Numbered from the stretch's first letter, positions 1-11,928 are shown. The stretch is 64,000 bases of DNA from Macrostomum lignano (GCA_002269645.1 NIVC01002864.1:70308-134307), one strand, 5' to 3'. Made by a program: numbers and translations. The notes: generated by a model not told the origin, from the letters alone.

Positions 1-75
1 CTAGTGTTTGGATATCTGCTACTTTTGCCCATAGACTAAACGGCGAGCTGTCCAAATTTGAAGCGTATAATCTTG

Positions 76-608
76 TATGAGCGTTTATAAGCGTGAATGA
101 TCTTTTATGATTCTGCCTAAGCGTTCATGAGCGTGTATGAGCGTTTATGGTTGTGTATGATCGTGCATGATTGTTTATGAGCTTTTTTGATCGTGTAAGA
201 GGGTTTATGAGCGTTTGTGAGCATTTATGATCGTGTATGAGCGTTCATGATAATTTATGAGCGTTTATGAGCGTCTATGTTAATGTACGAGCATCTGATC
301 GTGTGTGAGCATCTATGAGCGTTTATGATCATGTATGTTCATGTATGATGCGGTTATGATCATGTATGTTCATGTATGAGCGGTTATGATCATGTATGTT
401 CATGTATGATCAAGTATGATCATGTATGTTCATGTATGATCAAGTATGATCATGTATGTTCATGTATGATCAAGTATGATCATGTATGTTCATGTATGAT
501 CAAGTATGATCATGTATGTTCATGTATGATCAAGTATGATCATGTATGTTCATGTATGATCAAGTATGATCATGTATGTTCATGTATGATCAAGTATGAT
601 CATGTATG
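76..608. repeat. Degenerate GAGCGTTTAT-like repeats followed by a 30-bp tandem array, lying in globin intron 1
   Basis: About 8 near-perfect copies of TATGATCATGTATGTTCATGTATGATCAAG at ~375-608, preceded by degenerate units. ORF 376..609 is a repeat artefact. Confidence 0.85.
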
Positions 609-626
609 AGCATCTTCTTCCCTTAC

Positions 627-730
627 CTGATGAAGATGGCGGTTCCCAGGGCTCGCCTGTCCGCAGAAGCGGCTTCCCAGTCCTCGGTTATTAACCTTTT
701 GTCCTCAGGTGACATCCCCAGTCCAGCCAT
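627..730 (-). CDS. Globin, coding exon 1 (A and B helices); the rest of the gene lies left of the window
   Basis: ATG at 730 gives MAGLGMSPEDKRLITEDWEAASADRRALGTAIFI-R. This shows the globin S-x-E-D-K-x-L-I-x-x-x-W A-helix pattern and the G-x-x-I-F-x-R B helix. A phase-2 AG|GTAAGG donor at 626 falls at the canonical globin B12.2 intron position. Confidence 0.8.
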
Positions 731-1204
731 GGCGGTGCAGCTGCTGAAGGAAGACCTTTGCTTTTTCTCAAAAATATTCAACCTGCTTTCTCGTTTCTTC
801 TTTCTCGAACTCGAATCCCTCAGCGATACATGCAAAGCTTGCTTTTTCCTGTGTTTCTATCGGCCAGGGGGGGCTAATAACCGTCAAAGACGCAAACCTC
901 TCTGCCGGATCAACTCTGATTGGAACACGCGAAGCGAAAATCTCTCTTGCACATAAACTGTCTCCGTGACTCTTCTCGGCTTTCCTTGAGCAGCCACTCA
1001 TCCTAATGCTATTCGAATGCAGGAAAATCGGGGAAGAGTGCCAGACTCTGGCTCCGAAGCACTGTCGCAATTTCCTGAGCCCTCAAAACTCTCTTTGGAA
1101 ATTTGAGGCCCCCGATACACTCGGTTGTCTTAGAAACGGGACTTAGGTCGGATAAGGGGCGTATGTTTGTTGTATTGTTAGTGCATTTAGTATGCTCTTG
1201 AGCA

Positions 1205-2250
1205 ATCGGGTAGGGTGAGAGGGAGGGGATAGGGGTGAGAAGGAGAGGATAGGGGTGAGAAGGAGAGGATAGGGGTTAGAGGGAGAGGATAGGGGTGAGA
1301 AGGAGAGGATAGGGGTGAGAAGGAGAGGATAGGGGTGAGAGGGAGAGGATAGGGGTGAGAGGGAAAGGATAGGGGTGCGAGGGAGGAGATAGGGGTGAGA
1401 GGGAGGGAGAAAGGGGTGAGAGGGAGGGGATAGGGGTGAGAGGGAGGGGATAGGGGTGAGAGGGAGGGGATAGGGGTGAGAGGGAGAGGATAGGGGTGCG
1501 AGGGAGGGGATAGGGGTGAGAGGGAGAGGATAGGGGTGAGAAGGAGAGGATAGGGGTGAGAAGGAGAGGATAGGGGTGAGAGGGAGAGGATAGGGGTGAG
1601 AGGGAGGGGATAGGGGTGAGAGGGAGGGGATAGGGGTGAGAGGGAGGGGATAGGGGTGAGAGGGAGAGGATAGGGGTGCGAGGGAGGGGATAGGGGTGAG
1701 AGTGAGAGGGATAGGGGTGAGAGGGAGAGGATAGGGGTGCGAGGGAGGGGATAGGGGTGAGAGTGAGAGGGATAGGGGTGAGAAGGAGGGAGAAAGGGGT
1801 GAGAGGGAGGGAATAGGGGTGAGAAGGAGGGAGAAAGGGGTGAGAGGGAGGTGGATAGGGGTGAGAGGGAGGAGGATAGGGGTGAGAGGGAGGGGATAGA
1901 GGTGAGAAGGAGGGAGAAAGGCGTGAGAGGCAGAGGGATAAGGGTGAGAGGGAGAGGGGTGAGAGTGAGGGGGAGAGGGGTGAGAGGGAGAGGGAGAGGG
2001 GTGAGAGGGAGAGGGATAGGGGTGAGAGGGAGAGGGATAAGGGTGAGAGGGAGAGGGATAAGGGTGAGAGGGAGGGGATAGGGGTGAGAGGGAGATGATA
2101 GGGGTGAGAGGGAGGGATAGGGGTGAGAGGGAGAGGATAGGGGTGAGAGGGAGAGGGATAGGGGTGAGAAGGGGGAGAAAGGGGTAAGAGGGAGGGGATA
2201 GGGGTGAGAAGGGGGGAGAAAGGGGTGAGATGGAGGTGGATAGGGGTTAG
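1205..2250. repeat. Polypurine ~20-bp minisatellite (GAGGGAGAGGATAGGGGTGA)
   Basis: About 50 degenerate units directly visible. ORFs 1187..2281, 1276..2304 and 1851..2081 are repeat artefacts. Confidence 0.9.
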
Positions 2251-2673
2251 GGGGAGCGAATTCATGCATTTTGATAGACATACAGCCATGTTTCTATCCA
2301 GCATCAGACGTCTCTTTTACAAGAAAGAAAAATGAAAATTTATTCGCCTAACAACAAGAACAAGAAGGGGCAGTCGGACAGTCAGTCCTGCTAGAGACCC
2401 ACTGTCATTATCTCTCTGGCTCTCTCCTCTCAACGGTCTCACCCTGCACCTCTTATTGCACTCTGCACAGGCTTATTGTATAGTTGCTTATCAATTATGT
2501 ACACCCGTGAAGAGCGCATCCAGAATACACTGTAGGTTGCTATAAAATTGTACTCTGATCTCATATATGAGCTAGTTGTCTCTATCCAAGCGAAGCTATA
2601 AGAGTCCTAGAAACCTTTTTTTGAAAAAAAGCAGTCCTTCGCACACAAAGCTTCACAAAGCCATATAGTTACC

Positions 2674-3246
2674 ATGGCAACGGTTGCTAACCTGCTGAGC
2701 TTCGCCGAGCACCGCAGAGGAGAATCGCTCCGACTTGAACGCGAGCAGACCATCGAGTCGTTCAGTGGAAGATACTCAGCCAGCACAGCGCCGGCGCCGC
2801 ACCAGGAACAGCCTGAGGAAGAGCTGCAGAGCCCCCTGACTGTCCCAGTCGGCAGCTACGGTCCCGTGGTGCTGCAACGCCGCAGCGACCCGCCAGCTCT
2901 CGGCGCCACCTGCCTGAGACCGCTGACCAACCGGCCAAGCGATCACATGGCCCTGGCCGCCTGCGAGGTGCTGGACAGGCGGCTCTGCAGCCACTGCCGC
3001 GCTCTAGAAGATCGGGCAGCTTCCAATCTTGGCGTCGGAGGTGCCAGCGCTGCTGGTGGTCGCGGGTTCGAACTCCGGCAAACCATTCTGCAGCATCGAT
3101 TGCGCAGTCTGATGCCAACGGCTGGCAAGGAGGAGCTGACAGCGGCTGCGGCAGCTTCGGCGGCGGCTGCCGATGCTGTTGGACGATCGCTGACGGGACT
3201 CGAGCTGCTTGATGGTGCGGAGACTCAGGCACTGACTGAGAACTAG
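2674..3246 (+). CDS. Hypothetical intronless protein, 190 aa, no recognised domain
   Basis: GC-rich open frame with an accATGG start context, a TATAAA-like motif near 2541 and AATAAA near 3317. Composition contrasts with the AT-rich flanks. Confidence 0.55.
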   Translation: MATVANLLSFAEHRRGESLRLEREQTIESFSGRYSASTAPAPHQEQPEEELQSPLTVPVGSYGPVVLQRRSDPPALGATCLRPLTNRPSDHMALAACEVLDRRLCSHCRALEDRAASNLGVGGASAAGGRGFELRQTILQHRLRSLMPTAGKEELTAAAAASAAAADAVGRSLTGLELLDGAETQALTEN

Positions 3247-3565
3247 ATGAACCTCTGAGCATTGATTTTTCTCTCTATTACAATCTCCATAACATTTCTT
3301 TGTAGGAATCTTTGTAAATAAATACAGAGCTGTACAAGAGCTGCTATGTGTTCTTTTGTATCCATTCGCTGTAATTTTTTATGTACAATTGAGCTTCGTT
3401 TCACTGCGCAAGTCAACATTTCCTTTACATTTTCATGGATGCTTGACATGCTTTTGAAATTTATATGTATATGTATGTGTTGCAATGAAAACAGTGATAG
3501 CACTTACTGTAACAGCGACGTACTGTAACAATTTTCGGAGACCGCAACCCTTAAGGGCACCAATA

Positions 3566-5530
3566 TGATGGGCGCCCCTGTCCCTTGGTGGAAACCCCTG
3601 TCTCTTGGGGGAAACCCCTGTCTCTTGGGGGAAACCCCTGTCTCTTGGGGGAAACCCCTGTCTCTTGGGGGAAACCCCTGTCTCTTGGTGGAAACCCCTG
3701 TCTCTTGGGGGAAACCCCTGTCTCTTGGTGGGCGCCCCTGTCTCTTGGTGGGCGCCCCTGTCCCTTGGTGGAAACCCCTGTCTCTTGGGGGAAACCCCTG
3801 TCTCTTGGGGGAAACCCCTGTCTCTTGGGGGAAACCCCTGTCTCTTGGGGGAAACCCCTGTCTCTTGGGGGAAACCCCTGTCTCTTGGGGGAAACCCCTG
3901 TCTCTTGGTGGGCGCCCCTGTCTCTTGGTGGGCGCCCCTGTCTCTTGGTGGAAACCCCTGTCTCTTGGTGGAAACCCCTGTCTCTTGGTGGGCGCCCCTG
4001 TCTCTTGGTGGGCGCCCCTGTCTCTTGGTGGAAACCCCTGTCTCTTGGTGGAAACCCCTGTCTCTTGGTGGGCGCCCCTGTCTCTTGGTGGGCGCCCCTG
4101 TCTCTTGGTAGAAACCCCTGTCTCTTGGTGGAAACCCCTGTCTCTTGGTGGAAACCCCTTTCTCTTGGTGGGCGCCCCTGTCTCTTGGTGGGCGCCCCTG
4201 TCTCTTGGTGGAAACCCCTGTCTCTTGGGGGAAACCCCTGTCTCTTGGTGGAAACCCCTGTCTCTTGGTGGGCGCCCTTGTCTCTTGGTGGGCGCCCCTG
4301 TCTCTTGGTGGAAACCCCTGTCTCTTGGTGGAAACCCCTGTCTCTTGGGGAAACCCCTGTCTCTTGGTGGAAACCCCTGTCTCTTGGTGGGCGCCCCTGT
4401 CTCTTGGTGGGCGCCCCTGTCTCTTGGTGGAAACCCCTGTCTCTTGGTGGAAACCCCTGTCTCTTGGGGGAAACCCCTGTCTCTTGGGGGAAACCCCTGT
4501 CTCTTGGGGGAAACCCCTGTCTCTTGGGGGAAACCCCTGTCTCTTGGGGGAAACCCCTGTCTCTTGGGGAAACCCCTGTCTCTTGGGGAAGCCCCTGTCT
4601 CTTGGGGAAACCCCTGTCTCTTGGGGGAAACCCCTGTCTCTTGGGGGAAACCCCTGTCTCTTGGGGGAAACCCCTGTCTCTTGGTGGGCGCCCCTGTCCC
4701 TTGGTGGGCGCCCCTGTCTCTTGGTGGAAACCCCTGTCTCTTGGTGGAAACCCCTGTCTCTTGGTGGGCGCCCCTGTCTCTTGGTGGGCGCCCCTGTCTC
4801 TTGGTGGAAACCCCTGTCTCTTGGTGGAAACCCCTGTCTCTTGGTGGGCGCCCCTGTCTCTTGGTGGGCGCCCCTGTCTCTTGGTAGAAACCCCTGTCTC
4901 TTGGTGGAAACCCCTGTCTCTTGGTGGAAACCCCTTTCTCTTGGTGGGCGCCCCTGCCTCTTGGTGGGCGCCCCTGTCTCTTGGTGGAAACCCCTGTCTC
5001 TTGGGGGAAACCCCTGTCTCTTGGTGGAAACCCCTGTCTCTTGGTGGGCGCCCTTGTCTCTTGGTGGGCGCCCCTGTCTCTTGGTGGAAACCCCTGTCTC
5101 TTGGTGGAAACCCCTGTCTCTTGGGGGAAACCCCTGTCTCTTGGTGGAAACCCCTGTCTCTTGGTGGGCGCCCCTGTCTCTTGGTGGGCGCCCCTGTCTC
5201 TTGGTGGAAACCCCTGTCTCTTGGTGGAACTCCTGTCTCTCAGTGGAAACCCCTGTCTCTTGGTGGGCGCCCCCTGTCTCTTGGTGGGCGCCCCCTGTGT
5301 CTGTGGGCGCCCCTGTCTCTTGGTGGGCGCCCCTGTCTCTTGGTGGGCGATCCCTGTGTCTTGGTGGGCGCCCCCTGTGTCTTGGTGGGCGCCCCTGTCT
5401 CTTGGTGGGCGCCCCTGTCACTTGGTGGGCGCCCCCTGTCTTGGTGGGCGCCCCCTGTGTCTTGGTGGGCGCCCCTGTCTCTTGGTGGGCGCCCCTGTCT
5501 CTTAGTCTGTGTCTCGGTGGGCGTCCCTGT
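3566..5530. repeat. 20-bp minisatellite with two alternating variants (GAAACCCCTGTCTCTTGG(T/G)G and GGCGCCCCTGTCTCTTGGTG)
   Basis: About 95 units. All overlapping long ORFs (700, 673, 477, 440 aa) are periodic translations. Confidence 0.95.
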
Positions 5531-5949
5531 CTCAAGGTGGGCTTTTTTAAAAGTTTTTTTTCAAATTGGCTGCTCTAAAGACCAGAGTTTAGACCATAGA
5601 CTATGAAAATCAAAAGCGTACGATGGGCTTAATTGTCAAAGAAATTTACTGTACTGCAAGAATTAAAATAGCCAGAGGATATCAACTGGATATCGTAGGC
5701 TAACAATCTTTTATTAAATGCACACGATCAAAATGTTGTTAACTTACAAGGGCAATCTTAAATGCTCGCTATCTAGCGTGTAGAGCAGTACGTTTTTCCT
5801 TTGTAGGGATTATCTAGAGCCAAAGTATCAATTTAACTTTTTGACTCCCATTTGGCTGCCGCGTCTCTGGTCTCAGCTCCTATCTCTCTTCTCTTGATCT
5901 CTTCTTTACTTTTTTTTCCAATAAAAATGAGTCTGAGGTAAAAAAAGTA

Positions 5950-7481
5950 CAGGGCGTCGCCACCGGGAGGACAGGGGGAGGTGTCCCCCCCCAATAAAAG
6001 CTACAGTAATGGGGGACATGTCAATATGCTTTGTCCATGTGACCCGTTATGGATATAAAAAAATTTGCTTCAGGGCGACAAAATATAGCGCCCACGGCGC
6101 CAAAACGAGTGTCTGCGGAGCCAAAATGAGTGCCTGCGGAGCCAAAATGAGTGTCTGCGGAGCCAAAATGAGTGCCTGCGGAGCCAAAATGAGTGTCTGC
6201 GGAGCCAAAATGAGTGCCTGCGGAGCCAAAATGAGTGTCTGCGGAGCCAAAATGAGTGCCTGCGGAGCCAAAATGAGTGCCTGCGGAGCCAAAATGAGTG
6301 TCTGCGGAGCCAAAATGAGTGTCTGCGGAGCCAAAATGAGTGCCTGCGGAGCCAAAATGAGTGTCTGCGGAGCCAAAATGAGTGCCTGCGGAGCCAAAAT
6401 GAGTGCCTGCGGAGCCAAAATGAGTGTCTGCGGAGCCAAAATGAGTGTCTGCGGAGCCAAAATGAGTGCCTGCGGAGCCAAAATGAGTGTCTGCGGAGCC
6501 AAAATGAGTGTCTGCGGAGCCAAAATGAGTGCCTGCGGAGCCAAAATGAGTGTCTGCGGAGCCAAAATGAGTGCCTGCGGAGCCAAAATGAGTGTCTGCG
6601 GAGCCAAAATGAGTGCCTGCGGAGCCAAAATGAGTGCCTGCGGCGCTAAAATGAGTGCCTGCAGCGCTAAAATGAGTGCCTGCAGCGCTAAAATGAGTGC
6701 CTGCGGCGCCAAAATGAGTGCCTGCGGCGCTAAAATGAGTGCCTGCAGCGCTAAAATGAGTACCTGCGGCGCTAAAATGAGTGCCTGCGGCGCTAAAATG
6801 AGTGTCTGCGGCGCTAAAATGAGTGGCTGCGGCGCTAAAATGAGTGCCTGCAGCGCTAAAATGAGTGCCTGCGGTGCTAAAATGAGTGCCTGCGGCGCTA
6901 AAATGAGTGCCTGCAGCGCTAAAATGAGTGCCTGCGGCGCTAAAATGAGTGCCTGCGGCGCTAAAATGAGTGTCTGCGGCGCTAAAATGAGTGCCTGCGG
7001 CGCTAAAATGAGTGCCTGCGGGGCTAAAATGAGTGTCTGCGGCGCTAAAATGAGTGTCTGCGGCGCTAATGAGTTCCTGCGGCGCTAAAATGAGTGCCTG
7101 CGGCGCTAAAATGAGTGCCTGCGGCGCTAAAATGAGTGCCTGCGGCGCTAAAATGAGTGCCTTCGGCGCTAAAATGAGTGCCTGCGGCGCTAAAATGAGT
7201 GCCTGCGGCGCTAAAATGAGTGCCTGCGGCGCTAAAATGAGTGCCTGCGGAGCCAAAATGAGTGCCTGCGGTGCCAAAATGAGTACCTGCGGCGCTAAAA
7301 TGAGTGCCTGTGGCGCCGAAATGAGTGCCTGCGGCGCCGAAATGAGTGCCTGCGGCGCTAAAATGAGTGCCTGCGGCGCTAAAATGAGCACTGGCAACAC
7401 CGATTCTGAAAATAATGTACATGTAGATTTAGAATTCTTGGCTTGTTTTCCACCACCATAAAATCCATGGCGACGCGTCTG
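5950..7481 (+). mobile_element. Non-autonomous TIR element carrying an expanded 21-bp minisatellite (copy 1, complete)
   Basis: Termini CAGGGCGTCGCCA and TGGCGACGCGTCTG are imperfect inverted repeats. About 60 internal units of GCGG(A/C)GC(C/T)AAAATGAGTG(C/T)CT. Unique flanks (TGACCCGTTATG..., AACACCGATTCT...AGAATTCT...TAAAATCCATGGCGACG) recur at ~18805, 20285-20853 and 31186. Confidence 0.75.
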
Positions 7482-8391
7482 GAAATATATTTTGATCTAC
7501 TAACTAAGTAGTATGGACAGTTTAGTATTTCTACATAAATTAAGAGGTAGGAAAAGTGATGCAGTATGTGTAGATCGCTTTTTTCGGATCTTCGATGTTA
7601 TTATGTAGTTTATTTGCATTATAGACTACTTATAGTATACGATTTTTATGGTTTTCAATTTATTTAAAACTTCATGTTTCAAGAGTACGTTAAGCCACTC
7701 TCTTTGACCTACAATTTTGTCACGTACATATACAACTGCTTCTTCTTTATTTCCTAAAAAGAGGTTTTTATACGCGGAAAAAAAACGTAATGATATTAAA
7801 ACTTCGTTTCTTAGGAAACTATTGTCCTATTGAGACATGGTAGATCGATTGTTTTGTAGATATATGAGGAAAAAATATTACACCAGGTATAGCTACAGTT
7901 AGTGAAAAGCTAAAAACTTCCTCTCAAACTTTATCTTTCAATATTTTTTCCTGGAAATGCTCCATGTTTTTTTATTTTAGTCAGTTATCAGGGCTCTGAT
8001 ATGAGCGAAAATGACATTTCCACTTTCCAGGAATCTTTCCGGATCTATTTCGCCACACTGAAACGACCTCTTATGGTTGCGAACTTGCGTCCTGCAATTT
8101 CCGAGTGGAACTACAATAAATATGAATAAATTAATGAATTTGTTCTTCATTTCCCGTTCGATCTAGCTACTAGTAATAATGTACTTTTTTACTCGAACCG
8201 CAAGCAAGCATGCTGTTCGGGAGGAAAAGTCAATCCCCCGATTCCCCGCTGTTTTCCCCTGCATGTTCTTTAGGCCGAATCCAGGTCTTACCCCCCCCCC
8301 ACCACTCTCGACCCTCAGTCATGCGTTGCGCATGTGCGAGGCCCTGAACTAGGCTGTACACCAAAGTACACAGAGGTCTGGAGCGTACAAT

Positions 8392-8776
8392 CATAGATAA
8401 AGTATACATAGATTCCACCCCTGCCCAGAATGTACACACGCTCGTGTCCAAACTTTGACCACCATAAAACTCACCGTGCTCTCATTGGCTGGCGCGAAAG
8501 CCTTCCTTTCAACCCCTTCGATTTCATTCCCTCACCCCTTCCACACAAGAAAGCTTTATAACTTTAATGCGCGGAACGAAAGGATGTCTTACCAGTTTCA
8601 ACAGTTTAGCAAGAATGAAGTCGACACGCAAGTGTTCCGGAGTTGGGGGAATGTACACACGTGGACTCAATGTGCATAGCGTGGCCCAGCCAATAGGAGC
8701 GCAGTGAATAAAGTGATGGTCACAATTTAGACACTCCGCGGGGGCAGGGGTGGAATCTATGTATACTTTATCTATG
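8392..8776. mobile_element. hAT-type MITE, 385 bp
   Basis: Perfect 35-bp TIR CATAGATAAAGTATACATAGATTCCACCCCTGCCC (8392-8426; reverse complement 8742-8776), flanked by an exact 8-bp target-site duplication CGTACAAT (8384-8391, 8777-8784). Confidence 0.9.
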
Positions 8777-9084
8777 CGTACAATCCGCTTGCCTTTCACG
8801 CCACTATAACTTTGCCCTTAATAGTTCTCTTCTTTAATGCGATAAGTATTGATCCTAACAAAAGGTTGTCTTGAACTTTATTAAACTCCTGCTTCCTGGG
8901 CTGTTTATTGACAAAAACAGAGTCAGAAAAAAGCAGAAGGAAAAGTTTTAAACCAAGCAGTCAGTTAAATTATGTACATACATGGTTCCGTTCCGTGTTT
9001 CAGCATTGGGGAGCAAAAGTTCAGCTAAGCAATAATAACTTTTGTACGAAGCTTAAAAATGCATTGTTTTAAAGTGCGTGGAGA

Positions 9085-10075
9085 GGTAGATAGGTAGAGA
9101 TAGAGAAGTAGATCTTTGGGAGGTATAGAGAGGTAGAGAAGTTCATCTGTAGGAGGTAGAGTGGTAGAGAAGTAAATCTGTGGGAGGTAGAGTGGTAGAG
9201 AGGTAGAGAAGTAGATCTGCAGAAGGTTAGAGTGGTAGATAAGTAGATCTGTAGAAGGTTAGAGTGGTAGAGAAGTAGATCTGTAGAAGGTTAGAGTGGT
9301 AGAGAAGTAGAGAAGTAGATCTGTAGAAGGTAGAGTGGTAGAGAGGTAGAGAAGTCGATCTGTAGAAGGTAGAGTGGTAGAGAAGTAGATCTGTAGAAGG
9401 TAGAGTGGTAGAGAAGTAGAGAAGTAGATCTGCAGAAGGTAGAGTGGTAGAGAAGTAGATCTGCAGAAAGTAGAGTGGTAGAGTGGTAGAGAAGTAAATC
9501 TGTAGGAGGTAGAGTGGTAGAGAAGTAGATCTGCAGAAGGTAGAGTGGTAGAGAAGTAAATCTGTAGGAGGTAGAGTGGTAGAGAAGTAGAGAAGTAGAT
9601 CTGCAGAAGGTAGAGTGGTAGAGAAGTAGATCTGCAGAAAGTAGAGTGGTAGAGTGGTAGAGAAGTAAATCTGTAGGAGGTAGAGTGGTAGAGAAGTAGA
9701 TCTGCAGAAGGTAGAGTGGTAGAGAAGTAGAGAAGTAGATCTGCAGAAAGTAGAGTGGTAGAGTGGTAGAGAAGTAAATCTGTAGGAGGTAGAGTGGTAG
9801 AGAAGTAGAGAAGTAGATCTGCAGAAGGTAGAGTGGTAGAGTGGTAGAGAAGTAGATCTGTAGGGGGTAGAGTGGTAGAGTAGTAGAGAAGTAGATCTGT
9901 AGAAAGTTAGAGTGGTAGAGTGGTAGAGAAGTAGATCTGTAGAAAGTTAGAGTGGTAGAGAAGTAGATCTGTAGGAGATAGAGTGGTAGAGTGGTAGAGA
10001 AGTATGTCTATAGAAGGTAGAGTGGTAGAGACTTAGAGAATTAGATCTGTAGGAGGTAGAGCGATAGAGTGCACA
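9085..10075. repeat. Purine-rich ~31-bp composite minisatellite (AGAGAAGTAGATCTG(T/C)AGAAGGTAGAGTGGT)
   Basis: About 28 units with variable 9-bp AGAGTGGT/AGAGAAGT sub-duplications. Confidence 0.9.
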
Positions 10076-10747
10076 TAGAGATGTAGAGAAGTAGACTGGT
10101 AGACTGGTAAAGAGCTTGAATCGTAGGGAACCCGAGAACGAGCATAGCGAGAGCTAGCGAATACGCACTCCCGAGAAAGGTAGGGGATGAGGTGAGCATA
10201 GAAGTAGAACCTTCGCGTTCTCAGGCCCACAGCAGTGCGCATAAACAAGCGCTGGACTCGCTCACTCCAGTCACAGCGGCAGTCAACAAGTCAGTCACAT
10301 AAAGGCGGCCTGTTGAGTTTCAGACAATCTGGCCGGCGCCCAGCACCGATTTGCACTTTTCACGCAGTCGCTGTTGCAGTGTCAATCTCTTTTTAGCCGT
10401 TAACTCAGCTGTAAGCTTAGCTGTGTAAGTAAAAAGGCAGAATATTGTTGGGTAGGTAGACGCTAAGGAATGTCAATGTTTATGCCAGAGCAATTCTACT
10501 CCATGGTGTCACTTGTTTAAATAAAAACACACCGAGATATTTTTATTTGCGACTCAATCAAAGTACGCGAAAACTCAAATGAGAAAAATCTACAACTCAG
10601 ACTGTTTACAAGCGACGGTTCTTTTTAGGTGATTATCTGCAACCCTGGATTGATTTCCTGATTTCCCTTGAAGCTAAACTCAAGAAAGTCTCTCGAGTGT
10701 ACGTACCTATTAATATCAAGTGCAAGTCTGCTCAAGTTTCAGAATAG

Positions 10748-11150
10748 GGGCGCCATTTCATTTGAGGTAGAGGCGCCATTTCATTTGGGAGAGGGGCGCC
10801 AATTCATTTGAGTGAGGGGCGCCATTTCATTTGGGAGAGGGGCGCCATTTCATTTGAGAGAGGGGCGCCTTTAATTTAAGTGAGGGGCGCCAGTTCATTT
10901 AAGTGAGGGGCGCCATTTCATTTGGGAGAGGGGCGCCAATTCATTTGAGTGAGGGGCGCCATTTCATTTGGGAGACGAGCGCCATTTCATTTAAAAGAGG
11001 GGCGCCATTTCATTTGAGTGAGGGGTGCCATAATTCATTTGAGTGAGGGGCGCCATTTTATTTGAGTGAGGGGCGCCATTTCATTTGAATGAGGGGCGCC
11101 ATTTTATTTAAGAGAGCTGGGGCGCCATTTCATTTGAGGGAGGGGCGCCA
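10748..11150. repeat. 23-bp minisatellite (GGGGCGCCATTTCATTTGAGTGA)
   Basis: About 17 tandem units directly visible. Confidence 0.9.
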
Positions 11151-11928
11151 CTTCATGAGTCTTTTAAAATTTAAGAAGATTTGAAAATTTTGGCACTAAA
11201 AGCAGCGCATGAGTTCCAGTCCCAAACAAAGCGCATGACGACGACGTCATCCTTCAGACCCCATGGACAGGGCATCGTTTCATCCACAAATATGGAAGAC
11301 AGATGCCCTGCTGTCGAACCAAAAGCAAAATACCTCTCTCTCTCTCTCTCTGCATGCGCCACTTGCCTTCATATTTTAGAGATAGTAGTTCGAAGTTTCT
11401 AAAAATGGCATCAAATCTTCTAAACGAAACTTGAGGACAGGACTGTGTTGATCTGTCCATTTCTTGAAAAAACTGGATGCAAATTTGCTTCTGTAGCCTG
11501 TCTCACCCACCAGACTCACTCCGAAATCTCGTCTCTATACGACCACTTCGCCCAGCTTCATCGCTATTAAAATTCCAGATGCCTTGTGCACGCTAAAAAT
11601 CTAACAAAACAGTTTGAGCTGTGTTCACAGTCTGAGAACAGGGTCACCTAAGGTTATTCGAGTGCTTTCGGGCACAAGCATGTTTTAATTGAACCCCTAT
11701 AGAGTCTCTCACACTCACAATACCCAACTCTCAGGACTGTACACTGGAAAGCATCCAGACAAGCAGCCAGCCAACCACAGCCAGTTGGCCCACCCCCACC
11801 CTACCCCTGCCACCAGTGCTTGCAGAATAAAATTTGCCAAAACATTGGCAACTCCCTGCGCGTGTCAAGCTCGTATACTGGTAACTCCAGGAACCATAGC
11901 GAACCGAAATCTTGCTAGTCAAGACAGA

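Noticed and set aside
3433-5606. ORFs of 700, 673, 477 and 440 aa
   Set aside because: Periodic translations of the 20-bp minisatellite, open in several frames on both strands.
6009-7461. Cys-rich (CGAKMSA)n 359-aa ORF resembling a keratin-associated or metallothionein-like protein
   Set aside because: The 21-bp unit is open by chance on both strands and belongs to a dispersed TIR element.
7977-8110. Minus-strand terminal-exon-like frame (PLGNCRTQ...IDPERFLESG...ITD*) with AATAAA right after the stop; PERF suggests a P450
   Set aside because: No FxxGxRxCxG heme motif follows PERF and no convincing upstream exons were found. It may still be a real exon; RNA-seq is needed.
11171-11402. Short opposing ORFs near 11.2-11.4 kb
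   Set aside because: No recognisable motif or consistent splice partners.
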